NCBI RefSeq assembly: GCF_006345805.1
Contig: NC_042997.1
Coordinates: 1,612,001-1,676,000 of the forward strand
DNA from: Octopus sinensis
Lineage: Eukaryota
Direction: 5' to 3'
DNA: 64,000 nucleotides
This document shows, piece by piece, positions 1-13,705 of this stretch. A program made the translations under genes and the position numbers. How positions within the stretch are numbered: the first letter of the stretch is position 1; each line of letters opens with the position of its first letter. The notes under the pieces are model-generated. The model did no database searches, had not been told where the DNA came from, and was given only the letters and a program-made list of their open reading frames with translations.

Positions 1-61
<61 letters not shown>

Positions 62-110
62 GTCTATCTATCTATCTATCAATCTATCTATCTATCTATC
101 TATCTATCTA
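1..110. repeat. (TATC)n microsatellite
   Basis: Near-perfect TATC tandem array at the window start. Confidence 0.98.
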
Positions 111-113
111 CAT

Positions 114-303
114 TCTTTTACTCTTTTATTTGTTTCAGTCATTTTGACTGCGGCCATGGTGGAGCACCGTCTTTAGTCGAACAAATCGGCCCCAGGAATT
201 ATTCTTTGCAAGGCTAGTACTTATTCTATCAGTATCTTTTGCCGAACAGCTAGATAGAGTGACGTAAACACACCAGCATCGTTTGTCAAGCGATGGTCGA
301 GGA
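114..303 (-). mobile_element. Octopus-type SINE, 3' portion
   Basis: tgtttcagtcattttgactgcggccatg...ctttagtcgaacaaatcggccccagg...gacgtaaacacaccagcatcg matches the reverse complement of the common octopus SINE 3' body as I recognise it; the tail abuts the (TATC)n array. Confidence 0.8.
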
Positions 304-1323
304 ATAATCACAGACATACACTCACACACTAACACATATGTATATATACAGATATGTATATATATTATATTGAGGGCATTACTACACATAAATGTCACAC
401 GCTAGGAGGGACTCTTAAAGTCAAAACTGCTAAAATAATTAAACGCATCGTACCGAATGCGGCTCTCGAAGCAAGTCATATAAAAACATAATTTAGCTGC
501 TGATCACCGTGATTTGATAATCAATTCAATGGTACACTCTTACTCATCAGTGCAAGCATAATTCAAGATTTATAATGAATGAACAAAATCAACATGCCAG
601 ACGAAAAACCATCGTATGCAGCGTAGCATATAGAGATGTTCACCTCCTTATACATCTATGTAAATGGCAGGCTTTTTCGAATTGCATTTCGGTAAGAACG
701 TGCTTATTCGGAATAAGAATTCAGTACTGAATATACTCCAGTTAAATTTACAATTGAAAAATAGGATAAAATCTTCATAAGAATTTATCAAGTAGTCAGC
801 GTGAAAAACCTCATAAGAGAAAAAATCTACCAATATTTTCACTTAAATATGTATGTTTATATTATAAAGTGGGCATTACTACACATACATTCCACACGCT
901 AGGAGGGACTTAGAAGCTTACAAGAGAAAGCCAAAGTAATAATTGTATCAAAGAAAACTCTCTCTGCAACAAAAATCATTATACCAGCTAAAGGATTTAA
1001 ATTTACACCTACCCCACGAAGATCTAACCACAATGGAATTAAAGACTATATTTCGGAATTCTGCAGAAAACTACGACTCACAGAAGCACTAACTGACTAC
1101 AACAAGGAATAGTCACTAGTTAAAATCAGAAGTAAATATCTTCCACCTAAAAGTAGGAATAAAATACTATAGGACTTCTGCGACCATATCCCAAATTTCC
1201 CGTATACTTTCCATAAACGAAACATTAATTCAAACCTCAACGATCTAGGATGGAAAAAAAATCTAATTGAACTACAAACGACAGAGACCAGCCAATTAAA
1301 GAAGCCGACAAAGAAGTGATGTA

Positions 1324-2587
1324 CGAGGGGCGTTCAATAAGTAATGCCCCTGACCTACTTGCAGTTGTTTGATCTAGCTGAAATTTTGCATGTGCACTTA
1401 TCCATACCTCTATAGATTAGGTGGCGAATTACAGCTAATTGTGGTTTCCGATTTAGAGGTGTTTGAACTGAGTCAAGTGTGAAATGGAGCCTGTTGAGTG
1501 TCGAGCAGTGATCTGGTTTTTGTATTTGAAAGGACGCACACCACGGGAGACTTTTGATGAAATGAAAGTAACTTATGGTGATGATGCCCCATCATATGAC
1601 CTTGTAAAACGCTGGCATTGTGAATTCAAACATAGTCGGAACTCTGTGGAAAACAGCTCCGAGATATGGTCGCCCCCTTCTGCCGTTGATGAGACGTTTG
1701 TCCGTCAAGTTGAGGCTGCCATTTTGGAAGGTCAACGCATAACTATTCGCCAAATAGCCCATAAGGTCAAGATTAGTACCGGGTCTGTGGAAACTATCAT
1801 CCATGACTATTTGCATATGCAAAAGGTGTCTGCCAGATGTATTTCCAGGTTGCTCACACCTTTCCAGAAGCAAGAACGCGTTGAGTGCTCGAGGATGAAT
1901 TTGGAGATGTGCCAAGAAGATTAGTCAAAATGTTTCAAAAGACAGCTCACACAGGATAAAACCTGGGTCCATCACTATGATCCATAGACCAAAGCCCAGT
2001 CAATGCACTGAAAGCACCATGATTCACCTCCTCCAAAGAAGGCAAGGGTGCAGCCCTCCGCTGACAAGGTAATGCTCACAGTCTTCTGGGACCAGGACGG
2101 AGTAGTGATGACTGATTTCCTGGCAAAGGGTACCACAATTACAGGAGCCTATTATGCTTCACTTTTGAGGAAATTAAGAGAAGCTATCAAAATCAAGAGG
2201 CGGGGCAAGATCAGCAAAGGCATCCTCCTCCTGCAGGACAACGCTCCAGTCCACAACTCGCGTGTCGCCAGATCAGAAGCACAGGCGTGCAGCTATGAAC
2301 TCCTCCCCTTGCACCCTCTGATTTTCACCTCTTCCCAGCCATGAAGTTGATTTTGAAAGGAAAGCGTTTCCCAGATGATGCAGCCTTGATTTCTGAAGTC
2401 ACGTCGTGGTTGGAGGACTAAGCTGGGGTCTTCTACAACAACGGTCTCCAGAGCTGTATCAAACGATGGGAGAAATGCATAACTCTGGGTAGTTCCTATG
2501 TAGGAAAAGACTAATAACTGTGCCAAGTGCCGTTGCTCTACTGCTATGGGAAGTGGGTCAGGAGCATTACTTATTGAACGCCCCTCG
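1324..2587 (+). mobile_element. Near full-length mariner transposon (irritans-like), inactive
   Basis: 37-bp TIRs (cgaggggcgttcaataagtaatgc[c/t]cctgacc[t/c]actt, 2 mismatches); TA target duplications at 1322-1323 and 2588-2589; transposase remnant between them. Confidence 0.97.
1484..2514 (+). pseudogene. Mariner transposase pseudogene
   Basis: MEPVECRAVIWFLYLKG..RW..F (HTH), KVSARCISRLLT, DKTWVHHYDP, KVMLTVFWD, LLLQDNAPVH, RWEKC; several in-frame stops; the YSPDLAP motif is partly deleted. Confidence 0.95.
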
Positions 2588-2618
2588 TAGTTCTGATGGA
2601 TACAGAATACTACAAAAA

Positions 2619-3182
2619 CCGGAGGAGTTGAAGGACATGGGTTGCATTCCCTTTCGGTTGATGGTTTTTTTGGAATTGAGAGGGGTAAATTAGTTTTTTT
2701 TCACACACACACGATAACAAAATGATATTTAATTTTTTTTTCTTTTTTGGTAATTCGTATTTAGAACATGGATCCCCCTCTCTACCCCTCTGACAAAAAT
2801 GCGATGCGGTAAAATAAAACTGATAACGGGATTCGTCGTTTAGGTGCTATTTCTAGAATGTCGAGTTTTCAGTTTAAATACCATTTACGTCTGCTATTTT
2901 AGTAGGAGGGGAAGGGCGTTTATTTATTATTATAATTTTTTTATTTTCAAAAATTGAAATTTTAGAAATTTTTTTTTCAGAAAACTAATATCCGTATTTG
3001 TCTACATATTTCGTAAAGAAAAAATTCTAAGAAAAATGAAAAATTGTGGGTGGGGTAGAGTAGGGGTTAGTAAAAGTTATAAACGCCAATTTTTTCTTGC
3101 AGATTCGTAAAGGTAGGTTTCAGTAGAAAGAAAAATACAAAAAACGAAAAGAGTTACGGTCCACGTTCTTTACCTCCGCCCC
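2619..3182. mobile_element. Putative MITE / non-autonomous DNA transposon inserted in the PLE RT
   Basis: About 564-bp non-coding block; removing it restores the PLE frame (EYYK|KLVLAILENDAFYE). Imperfect 20-bp terminal inverted repeat (2621-2640 vs 3161-3180, 15/20). Confidence 0.6.
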
Positions 3183-4494
3183 AAAAGTTAGTATTAGCCA
3201 TACTAGAAAACGATGCCTTCTACGAAACAAATTGAAACTATTACCAACAAAAGACAATGAAAAAAATTGCATCCTTAATATTTTACATGGAAAAGCCGTA
3301 ACAGGAAAAATAAATTGATTACATCACAAACTTTAAATTTAAACGCAGATTTTTTGATGGCCTACCTAAAAGACACGCGAGCAAGATAGGTAATGAAGCC
3401 TGCAAACAATCACCACGGAAAAACATAAATATCCAAGCGCCAGAAGACTTACAGTTAAGGCCCATTATAGCTGGCCCAGCCTGTGAAATCCACTGCCTAA
3501 GCAATTCTCTAGACGGAAAATTAAAACCCTTGCTGAAGTACATCAAATGTTTTTTTACAGACAATTTAAACATGCTAGATCACCTAACAAATGCAATTGA
3601 TGTAGAGGCATTATTGGTTTCCTTCGATGTTATCAATCTTTATACCAACATCCCACATGACCATGGAATAAAAGCAATCAAATTCTGGTTGGAAAAGTAT
3701 CCCGAAGTACTTCCGGAACGCACAAATAGGATCTTTATTATTTGTATCTATAAAGTGTATACTTCAAAATAATATTTCCCATTTGATGACACCTACTACC
3801 ATAAAAAATGCGGAATTGCGTCGGGAACGAAAGTAGCCCCTGTTTTTGAGAACCTAATAATGGGTTATTTTGAATTCACCATATATGATGTGTCACTGCA
3901 AAAATATGGTTATCTATTTCACCATTATATAGGAGAAAACTGGAAAATATACCTGGATAATTGTTTTATCATTTTGAGGGAGACCATTGATAAATTTTTG
4001 AAATTCAAATGAACACTAAATTATATAAACCTTAACATTCACCTCACGATAGAATATAGCAAAGACAACCTCCCATGTTTGGATATTATGTTAAAAAACA
4101 TCAAAAACCAAAGTATAACTGATATTTAACATAAACTAACGGACTCGAAGTAATATATTATTTTTAGCTTATGCCACTCGAAACACATCAAAATAAATAT
4201 CCATTCTAATTTGTCTTCAATACCTCAGAACAACATTAACTGAAAGACAATATCAACCCTCACTTATAGACGATGGAATTAGGCGTACCAAGAAAATAAG
4301 ACACAAAAACAGTAACGATAATAAAACATAACACCACACCTCATCTCAAAACACTACTGTACATATAGACTCACAGACCTAGAAACAATGTAAAGTAAAA
4401 CTATGTAAAGTGTGTGCATTTTCCTTCTTTAATTTCTTATATATACTACAACTCATCACGTGTCGATAATCAACATTTCTCCCTTTCTGCTACT

Positions 4495-4504
<10 letters not shown>

Positions 4505-4585
<81 letters not shown>

Positions 4586-4678
4586 TATATATATATGTGT
4601 GTGTGTGTATGTGTGTGTGTGTGAATATGTGTGTGTGAATGCGTGTGTGTTTGTGTGTGTGCACACACATACATGCAT

Positions 4679-4740
<62 letters not shown>
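4505..4740. repeat. Compound (TA)n/(TG)n/(CA)n microsatellite
   Basis: Seen directly; source of spurious IYIY/VCVC ORFs. Confidence 0.97.
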
Positions 4741-4741
<1 letters not shown>

Positions 4742-5303
4742 CGACTGTACGTTTTCGTATGTATATACGTGTGACTTTTGGCTTTATTTATGCTAACGTT
4801 AATCTCCTTACATTCCGCCACCAATGTTGCCAAGTACATATTTCCATGGCAAGTAATTGGTGCACGTAGTGACAAACTGATGGATACTTCACCTGCACCT
4901 TTGCTGAGCGATTGTATCTTATTCCTACGGGTTGTAAGTTGAAATTCACACACTTTTTGACATATTTCTCACCACTAAACTATAAATTCAGATCATCAAT
5001 AATAGAAGTGATTTTTCTATATAACACATAGAATACATAAAATGCGATAGAAACAATTTTTTAATACCAATATTAATGACGATGCATTATTTCTTATTGC
5101 AAATATACACATCTCACTAATGCGTGTTGATATAGCCTGCAAATTGAATTTACTAATTCGTTATATGAATATTTCCGAAGGTACCTATCTTTGTAAATTA
5201 CGTTTCGCTGTAATGTTGTTTGTAAGAACTAGTTTAATTTCATCTTTCTTCTATTGAATTCCTATGTACGTATGCACACAAAATATACACCCACATATAT
5301 AGA

Positions 5304-5455
5304 TTTGGGTGTGAGGTTAACAATCTTGTCTTGCAAATCTGGTCCATGTTCCGTCCCGCTGTGTGACATCTTAGCAAGTGTCCTCATCTATAGACGCGGT
5401 CGAACAGCGTCTCGTGAGTGAATTTGGTAAATGGATAACGCGAAAGCAAAATATG
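5304..5455 (+). mobile_element. Degenerate tRNA-derived SINE (same family as 55056-55195)
   Basis: gcaagtgtcctcatctatag...cgtctcgtgagtgaatttggtaaatgga resembles the SINE body seen at 55056. Confidence 0.55.
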
Positions 5456-8400
5456 TCTTATGTAGATACAATTTATTCTGAGAGCATTGTTAAAATTACC
5501 AACTACAAGGACTGGGAGTGATCCAAGTGGTTCTTGCTCACAGAAGCAGCCCCATTATCGGCGAGGTCTCGTTATATCAAGACACGATATAACTAACATA
5601 TACATTACATCATCAAACTAAGCTTTTAATAAAACACACAAACTTAATGTTTGTAAAGCATCTCGGGGAGTCTACTCCCTTTCGGTAAAGGAAGTTCAAT
5701 ATATTCGATTTGTAAACTATATATATACTTTAAATAAGTACTTTGTCAGTTACAAATATCAACAAACGTCTTCATTTGAAAGTCAAGAATAAGCGCTGGT
5801 TTATTGCAAGATACTAGATGGACGTTTCTCTGAATGATCTTCCGAATACTGTTTTAATGAAGGATTACCTGCTTGATATACACGAGAAAAATATCTGTTG
5901 CAAAACTTTGAAGAAAATGTCTTTTGTTTTATGCCATCTCTCTCTAAATATGCTGTATGACATTCATTAGCATCTATGTTTGACAAACTTATTATGGAGG
6001 CATTTTAGCTGGTGAATTTGCACAGAATTTCCCGCAAAATTAGTCAAGATAAGTGGTTTTGTCGTATTTATACGGGCTCGATGCACAATTGGTTCAAATT
6101 CTTGTGAGATTAACTATGACTTTCATTCTTTCATGTTCGTAAAAAAAGCAATCTAACTTATTGGAGTGTCAGAACAATCGGAACATTGGATCGAATACAT
6201 TGCTCTATCTGTACAAGTACTTCGCATTTTGAATTTAAATCTTGCCATGGCAAACTTTAGGGTTAGTCTCAATTCGTTTTTCAGTTGCCTTGATTGATTT
6301 TAACGGAATCTATGCATTTGCAAATATTGTGACTATATCTCTGGTTTCAGGGTGCGTTTTTACTTCTTTCTTAATAATCTCACATGCTCTGGGCACCTCT
6401 TCGCCAAAGCACTAAAAATATATGATGACAACAAATACATGTGTCCAGAACATCTTTCATATTGCAGATGAAATGCGGCAAACGTTCTTATCTCATTTTT
6501 ATCAGAACTCAATGCAAGCTACTGAATTAACGTTACAGATGAAAAGCATTTGTCTGCATAAAACCAATATTTAAAAAAAATGTAGGGTGTCAGATAAACA
6601 AGAGTCATGTAATTACAAACCCTTGTATTAAATGTAATAAAGCGTGGATGGTATACACTCCAAAACAAATATTAATTTTATATATTTCCGTAATCTATGT
6701 TAATATAATCAAATTGGAATGTACTGAACCACAACGAAACGTATGTGCACATTAATACTAATATATATTAATTTCTCTTCACAACATGAACTTTATATAA
6801 TTAAACACATATAACCGATGTTCACTTCAAATTTGTTTATAATATAGGATTGAATATATGATACCACAAACTATAACATAAAACATTGATGTATTCAGAA
6901 CTTTCTACTAACAGTGAACTGTATGAAGACTCTAAGTAAAGTTGCATACATAGTAATGCAAATTCTACCCGAGGTATTAGGCTATAAAATATATTACACA
7001 GCTTGATACAGGATAACCCGAGATTAAATCCTTATATGTAGCCTAATAAAGCAACAGTTAATACCATCACGAGTTCTTTCATTTAGATCTAATCACTCTA
7101 TTTCGTTCCACCCCATGTTAAGATTATTATATTTTAATACGAACTGTCTCCGAAATGAGACGCGTCTAAGAAATGTATGGAGAAAACGTATTATCAGCAC
7201 TTTCCTGATATTTATTCAGAGTTTATATTAATATGCCACCGAGATATATAGATCGAGAAATTAGCAAACGTTTTTTTTTTTATTTCAGTTCAACTATACA
7301 ACATTCATATATCAAACTTCTTAAATAGTATTTTGCAAAATAAAATACATTTTTGTCAATGCCCTATACAAATTATATACTTTATCTTTCTATGAGACAA
7401 ATACAATTTATAAAAATGCTCTAATAATAGCGAATGCATTTCATCTATCTTTATTTAGTTTGATATCCGTAGAGAAATGGATATTTGTTATATATATTAA
7501 AAATAACTTCCACTTTGAGAAATATCCTGCTATTTGACGGAGTCCAATAAATCAACTGCAGTTCTTTACTGGGATTTTATTTCATCAAAGCCGGACGGAT
7601 AAATTGACACTTTCTTTTCATACAAACATAAACTTTAACACTGAGAAATTTGTAAGACTTTTACTACTAAAACATACATAAAACGTTTCAAAGTAAATAT
7701 GGTCATGAAAGGCCTCGAATATTTGAATATCTTACTTTATGCTAGCAAAAAGTCATATCCCACATATTCCCATTTTCGAACTTTTATCCTTCCATCCCAT
7801 CTAAAATTGTCTCAGAGAGCTAGAGGTCGCTAGAATGCCATGCGTTACAGATATAATCGTAATCTATAGCACTGTATTTACTATTCTTTGCATCATGTAC
7901 CACCTACTGACCTTTAGAATTATCAGCTTCAGATTTGTCGACTAGCACTAACTGTAAGTCGACGAGTTGTTTTCTAGCTTCAAGTTATGTTTTTCTTTTC
8001 TTCTCTACTCAGTTCTTTCAGAACTCAATCACATTAGCGTAGCACAAACGAATGCTATATTGTTTCATCTCACTGGTCTTCATCTTCGATTAGATACTTA
8101 AGATCTTTGCTCAAGTCTCTCCCAATTGTGGCTGAAGCAAAATGTTCTAGAAAATTTTGCTATTCATTGTGAACGCAAACTAGATCCCAATTTATTGAGC
8201 TGTGCTTATGTATGGAAAGTACATGACCAAATCATCAACCAGCTCCCATGTTTATTGTTATATTCAACAAATCTTTGTGTCATTATAACACTTGCCGGTT
8301 ATTTTATTGCAATAAATACTTAAGTGTGACGTAACTACCACCAAGGTGGTGTGGTTTCAGCTAGGTAGTCATTTTTATTTCATCCAACTCTCTGATCCGT

Positions 8401-10561
8401 ACTATTTTGAGCAATGTTAAGTTGTGTCATAACATATTCACAAAGAGGTGTCACATTACATCACTTACAGAGCTGTGCCATTATAACCACATTTTTAGCA
8501 GTTTATTTAAAACCAACACCGAGCAGACGTGTGTCAATAGATCCACATCTTAGGTGAATTAAAACAACTATGACATATTGGCATGGCATCTCATGAATCC
8601 CTAATGTTAGAAAATGTATTTAAAGTTATTTAGCTAACGTTTTATTTGAAATGTTCTTGTAAATGAGTAAAAGACTGTTCATTCTTAACCTCAGTTGCAC
8701 ATTTTATTACATCATTTTATAATTTTCAGTATTTTTCGAAGTTTTTGGTCAAGCACATTGGATAATATTGATGATAAATGCAGAAAGCAGAGTAATATAC
8801 AAATGCACGCACATACACAGCCACACACAAAGGAACACACACAAACACACACATAAACATAAGTGAGTGCGTTTTACAAAATCTAGCAGAAAATAACCTA
8901 GAATGCAATGTTTCTGTTAGAATCAATAATTGTTTCCAAAAAGCCTGCAACATTCGAAAGTAAGTTTTAGCGACTAAATCATGTTAGGACGTAAGCACTG
9001 TTTTATTTTGCATTGTAGATCTTTGAAAGCATTGTGGAGACCAGCAAAATTTCAACACAGAATGATATGTAACGCAAATAAATATTGCAAGGTGCTTTGT
9101 CCGATACATTAAATGATTCTGTCAGTCCAGTGTACTGTTTTGGCATTTGTTATAGCAACATACACATAGACACATACGATTCCCACGGCCAAATTTCCAG
9201 TCAATATCGGTAGCAACACATTAACGCGTACAGTGAAATAATCTTTGATATAAATACAACAAGTATGACGTGGACAAAGGTGTGGAATAATAACTATAAT
9301 TGGATATTCGGCACTACAGATACGAGATAAGATTCCTCTTCTTTATTGGATTAAGATAAGCAGATACGTTTTGCGTTCTGTTTTAGTATTGCAATATTTT
9401 AAAGTTGGAAATCTAATCCATTCTTATAAAAATATCACGAAACTTTGTTAAAACTAGGAAATATTTTTTGCTTGTTTCAGTGTGAATTATGTATATTTTG
9501 TTTTTATGAGAGTAAATATTCCTTTATATTTTTTCCAATCGTTAGGTAAGTGAGAAGTGGCTTGTCTAAATTTATAATGTTTTGGCATATCGTTTAATAC
9601 ATCTTGCCTCAAGGACGTTTATCTATCGCAAATAAGAAATTATGATTCAATTATTCGAAATAGTAATCTCGCAAATATGTGATTCAATTATGTCCAAAGA
9701 CATGATGTGAAAGAATAAATAACATATTGAAAGTAACTCGTGTCCTTCTCGTTACTTTTCGTTTTCACTGTCTGTATCACATTATTATATTTTGAATAGA
9801 ATCAAGTAATTGATACACACACTCATATATAGATAGATATACAAATATACTGAAGATAGCGTTGAAGATAGCGTTCACGTTTGGCCGATCAGTTTGTGCA
9901 GCAAGTAAGTAAAAGAAATCTACTCGGTTTTGTATTGAGAGAGGACTGTTTCGTAGCATTTAAGGGATGTGTAAATATTTCAATTAAATGACTTTATTTT
10001 AGATTAAATCAAATGTTTAAAGACCAATCATTTGAGTCTAAAAAAACCCCAGATTAAACAGGTTTGGAAAATAGTTGTTTAAAGTGTAGTTCAGGGTGAA
10101 AGAGAACAATACCTCCAACCAAGTAAAAAGTTGGAAAGAATACAAATTTAGCAGGTAAAATACATAAAATTTCTAAAGTGAGAATATGTTTAAATGAGGA
10201 ATAATAGAAATTAATTTGTAAGAAACCGTCATCTCGAAAATCTTCTCTGAAAATATATCGTAAATATTGTTTGAATAAATTTAAGATGTGTTATGACAAG
10301 GAAGTCATTAATATTGTCGCATTCTATACCTGACATGTTAAAGTAAAAAAAAAATTCAGAAAACATCGTGTTATGTAGTTGCTGTCAAGAGTCGTGTTTA
10401 CTTATACATTTTTTGCTTGTTGTTCACAATTTAAGGTAGGTAGCAAATATAGAAAGTAACTACACCACAAAAGTTTAATTCAGTTTCCAAATATTTTGTT
10501 AACCGCATCGTTATATTTTCGCGTGCACAATAATAATTTAATGGAATAAAGAAAAAGAATA

Positions 10562-10650
10562 TTGTATATATATATATATAATATATATATATATTATATA
10601 TATATATATAAGTATGTATGTATATATATATATATATATATATATCAGTA

Positions 10651-10702
<52 letters not shown>

Positions 10703-10745
10703 TATGTGTATATATATATATATTATATATATATATATATATATA
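10562..10745. repeat. (TA)n microsatellite
   Basis: Seen directly. Confidence 0.97.
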
Positions 10746-10863
10746 GTAAAGTCTGTTGCCACATCGAAGTTTATCGGTGCAACACTCTACACTCTTTATA
10801 TAAAATATATTGTTAGAAGGAGGAGCGAACCCCTACTACCCTCTAGCAGCTGACAGGTTTGCG

Positions 10864-10906
10864 ATACCAACTTAGTTTCGAGCTATTTAGATCATCTTCA
10901 GTTATT
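10864..10906 (-). ncRNA. Degenerate minimal hammerhead ribozyme motif
   Basis: Minus strand CTGAAGA-T-GATCT-AAAT-AGCTC-GAAA-CTAAG-TT. Core present; stem II has a mismatch and stem I does not pair well. Confidence 0.35.
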
Positions 10907-11099
10907 GTTTTAGTATAGGAGAGATAATTCAATATATCCAATTGAAAATGTCTCATGCTGATTTTGGTTGTACTTCATGAAACCTGTATTAATGTATAAA
11001 GAAAAATATCTATACAATATTCAGTTGAGGTCCCAAGTCAGGTTTTTGAGAGTTTACCATTTTTGGGGTGGTGCATTGAATTGAGTCTATGATTAAAAA

Positions 11100-11700
11100 A
11101 ATAATATGTCTAGCGGAGTGCAGCTGATCTTTCTTCAATACTGAATTTAATGACATTTAGTTCATCCAATGTCTGTGTATGTTTAGTACATAAAAGTACT
11201 TGCAACAGAATTATATATAAGCACTTGATACGACATTGTGTCAATAGGTTCGTCTACTGCATAAGTTTTCGTAGTTTATCTGATTTAACAAAGAGATTAT
11301 GGTATTTTTATTACTCTTATTTTTCTGTTTAGTTCATTTTGCAATCTATTCATATATGTTTGGTATTTTAGATTTGTTTATCAAACTGAGGAAATCTTTT
11401 CCGAATGAGTGGAATATAATGTTGGTAAATTGTTTTCTTTTTCTATTTCCTTTTCCACTATTTTTTGTGATTTTTTCTGCTATATTTTTCACAAAGAAGT
11501 ACATTTCTATACTATATATTTTCGAAGCTTTGGGTTTCTTGTGGTAACGTTTTCAGGAAGTTCTTCTTCATCACTACTGGCAAATTTTCACCGAGTACAG
11601 AATATTGATATATTGCTTTTTGATAGGTGTCTGTATGTTTGGATTTTGACTGTTTTTGAAGGAGCCAATTTTAAATATTGAAATGTTTTAACTTTCAAAC
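11100..11700 (-). mobile_element. Possible highly degenerate PLE (Hydra-like) N-terminal RT fragment
   Basis: Minus-strand translation gives PLIRKRFPQFDKQI..KYHNLFVKSDKLRKLM, similar to the 'vfADK' region upstream of PLE RT; many stops. Confidence 0.3.
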
Positions 11701-12799
11701 TTTTCTAAATATAACGACTAAGCACGCATTTACTGTTTGTGTGATTCCATAATGAAAGTAGACTCAATTTTCTTGTGTACATGAAGTTGAGTGAGGCTTG
11801 AAATTTTTCCCATTGGCGAAATACTTTCAAGAGAACATTTAAACGACATCATATATTTAATAAATCCAAATAAAAAAGATCTTGCATCAATATGGAAATT
11901 AAATTAAATGATGCCAACGCACTTTTTTTTAAATCCCTTACAAATTTAACTAATATATGAAACCAAGAAAACAATGAAGTGTGTCAAAATTGTACGACGG
12001 AGATGTTTGAAATATTCCTCGAACAAAATTTAGTTAACATTCTGAAATAAGCACATCCTGTTGGCACAGAATCTATAAAACTGCAGTATTATGAACCCTT
12101 AAAATTACAAGGAGACGTGGAAATTTTGAATATTATTGAAAATTTCAATGTTCTCAATTATCTGTCGTCGGTTATATTGCATACACTGTCTTTACTTATT
12201 TGAATTAACAGTACATGCTATCAGTAGCAACTATAATTGTTACGTAGAATTTTTAACATGAGGTCAAGTATCGCATTTTAAATTTATACAAACACGTGGA
12301 AATATAGACACTTGTTGTTTTCAATCAGTTTTCAGTTTATGAAAATGTTTTATAACAACGCTTTCATGCGCAATCATCAAGTATGTAATGACAGTCACGT
12401 TCCGCAATTCATAACAGTATTTAATCTTTAAATATCTTTCGATGGGCTTCTGCATGCTAAATCATATGAGCTGTATTTTGACAATTCAGCAAGTGGCTTC
12501 GAAATCACAGTTTGGTGAGCGTACCAATTAAATTGTAACTGAATCAGTACGTGGCTTAGACATCATGGTTTCGTGAGTGCGTCAAGGATTCTTCACTTTG
12601 ATTGCACCAACAGGAATAATTGTTTGACTATATTTTAGAATGTTGTAAAGTACATTCCTGATTTCATTGAATTCTATTGTTACTCCAGAAAGTTTTACAT
12701 GGGAATCTAGTCAGTGTTGAGTTGGTCAACACTACTAACATCCTCCCGTGACTTCTATTGCTATTGTTACTGTTGTTAGTGCTGGTGGTGACAGCAGTA

Positions 12800-12990
12800 G
12801 TATTAACTATAGTGCTTATTACTATTATTATTATTATTATTATTATTATATTATTATTATTATTATAATTATTATTATAATTATTATTATTATTATATTA
12901 TTATTATTATTATTATTATTATATTATTATTATTATTATTATTATTATCATTATTATCATTATTATTATTATTATTATTATTATCGCCAT
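12800..12990. repeat. (TAT)n/(CAT)n trinucleotide microsatellite
   Basis: Seen directly. Confidence 0.97.
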
Positions 12991-13295
12991 CATCATAATA
13001 ATTTTTACCGTTACTATAACTGCTTATTTAGAACGGTTTTAAATATATCAATAACATTCTTTTCTCGGATTTTCTCTCAATTTCACTTTAGTTGTGTAGT
13101 TTGTAGAATGGGAGTATTATAAACTTTCGTCCGACCGCATGTTGCCAGATGGTTGCTTAAAGGTATAATATTCCCAACCTATAAACTACACATCTGAAAT
13201 TACATTCACAAAAAAATATGTGAAAAGAATTTCATTGATAAATTAAAATCCGTTCTAAATTGCGGAACGCATGAAATTACTAGTTTATTTCAATA

Positions 13296-13687
13296 CTAGC
13301 AGTATCGCCCGGCGTTGCTCGGGTTCGTAAGGGAAATAACTATAAATCATTTTTAGAGAGCTATAGCCAAAAAATAGCAAAAAATGCATTAAAAATGAAA
13401 AAAAAAATTATGGTAAATTTTTTTTAATTGTTGACTCATCGTAGACATTTTTAGAGAGTTACTTCCCTTATATTAAAAAAATATGCATTAAAAGGGAAAA
13501 GAATGATGGTAAATTATTTTTAAAATCGTAGACTCATCGTAGATGCGCGCTAATACCCACAAGGGCTCGATATGAATCACGACTATAAGATACCCGGTTT
13601 TGGTTAAACTGCACCGCAAAATGTGGGAGTAGTTAGGAATCTAAATCGGAGTAGACAGACACACAACCTTTCTTTTATATATAAAGA
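13296..13687 (-). mobile_element. Non-autonomous Helitron (Lep1/HINE-like)
   Basis: On the minus strand: 5' TC end, inserted between A and T, 3' CTAG preceded by a GC hairpin (plus strand cccggcgttgctcggg, 13308-13323); internal 98-bp tandem duplication (13348-13445 / 13446-13543). Confidence 0.8.
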
Positions 13688-13705
13688 TAATAAAATTGTA
13701 AAATT

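Larger units (their letters stand above)
900..4425 (+). mobile_element. Degenerate Penelope-like retroelement (Neptune-like RT), interrupted by two insertions
   Basis: Motifs in order across stops and frameshifts: N-terminal KGFKFTPTP (~990-1020); KEADK..VLMDTEYY (split at 1323 and 2589); GLPK..LRPIIAGPACE (3355-3490); SFDVINLYTNIPH (ORF 3530-3772); GIASGTKVAPVFENLIMG (~3810-3865); WKIYLDNCF (degenerate YxDD, ~3940-3965); LPCLDIML; CKVKLCKVC Cys motif (~4390-4420). Confidence 0.88.

Noticed and set aside
5801-5986. Possible EGF-like exon (DANEC..) on the minus strand, or F-box-like peptide (SLNDLPNTVL) on the plus strand
   Set aside because: The remaining cysteines and domain residues are missing; the resemblance is only a few residues.
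9481-9545. Exon-like segment with strong AG and GTAAGT sites (also 18778-18833 and 54596-54676)
   Set aside because: Short, with no recognisable product (18778-18833 is closed in all frames); such motifs are expected by chance in AT-rich DNA.
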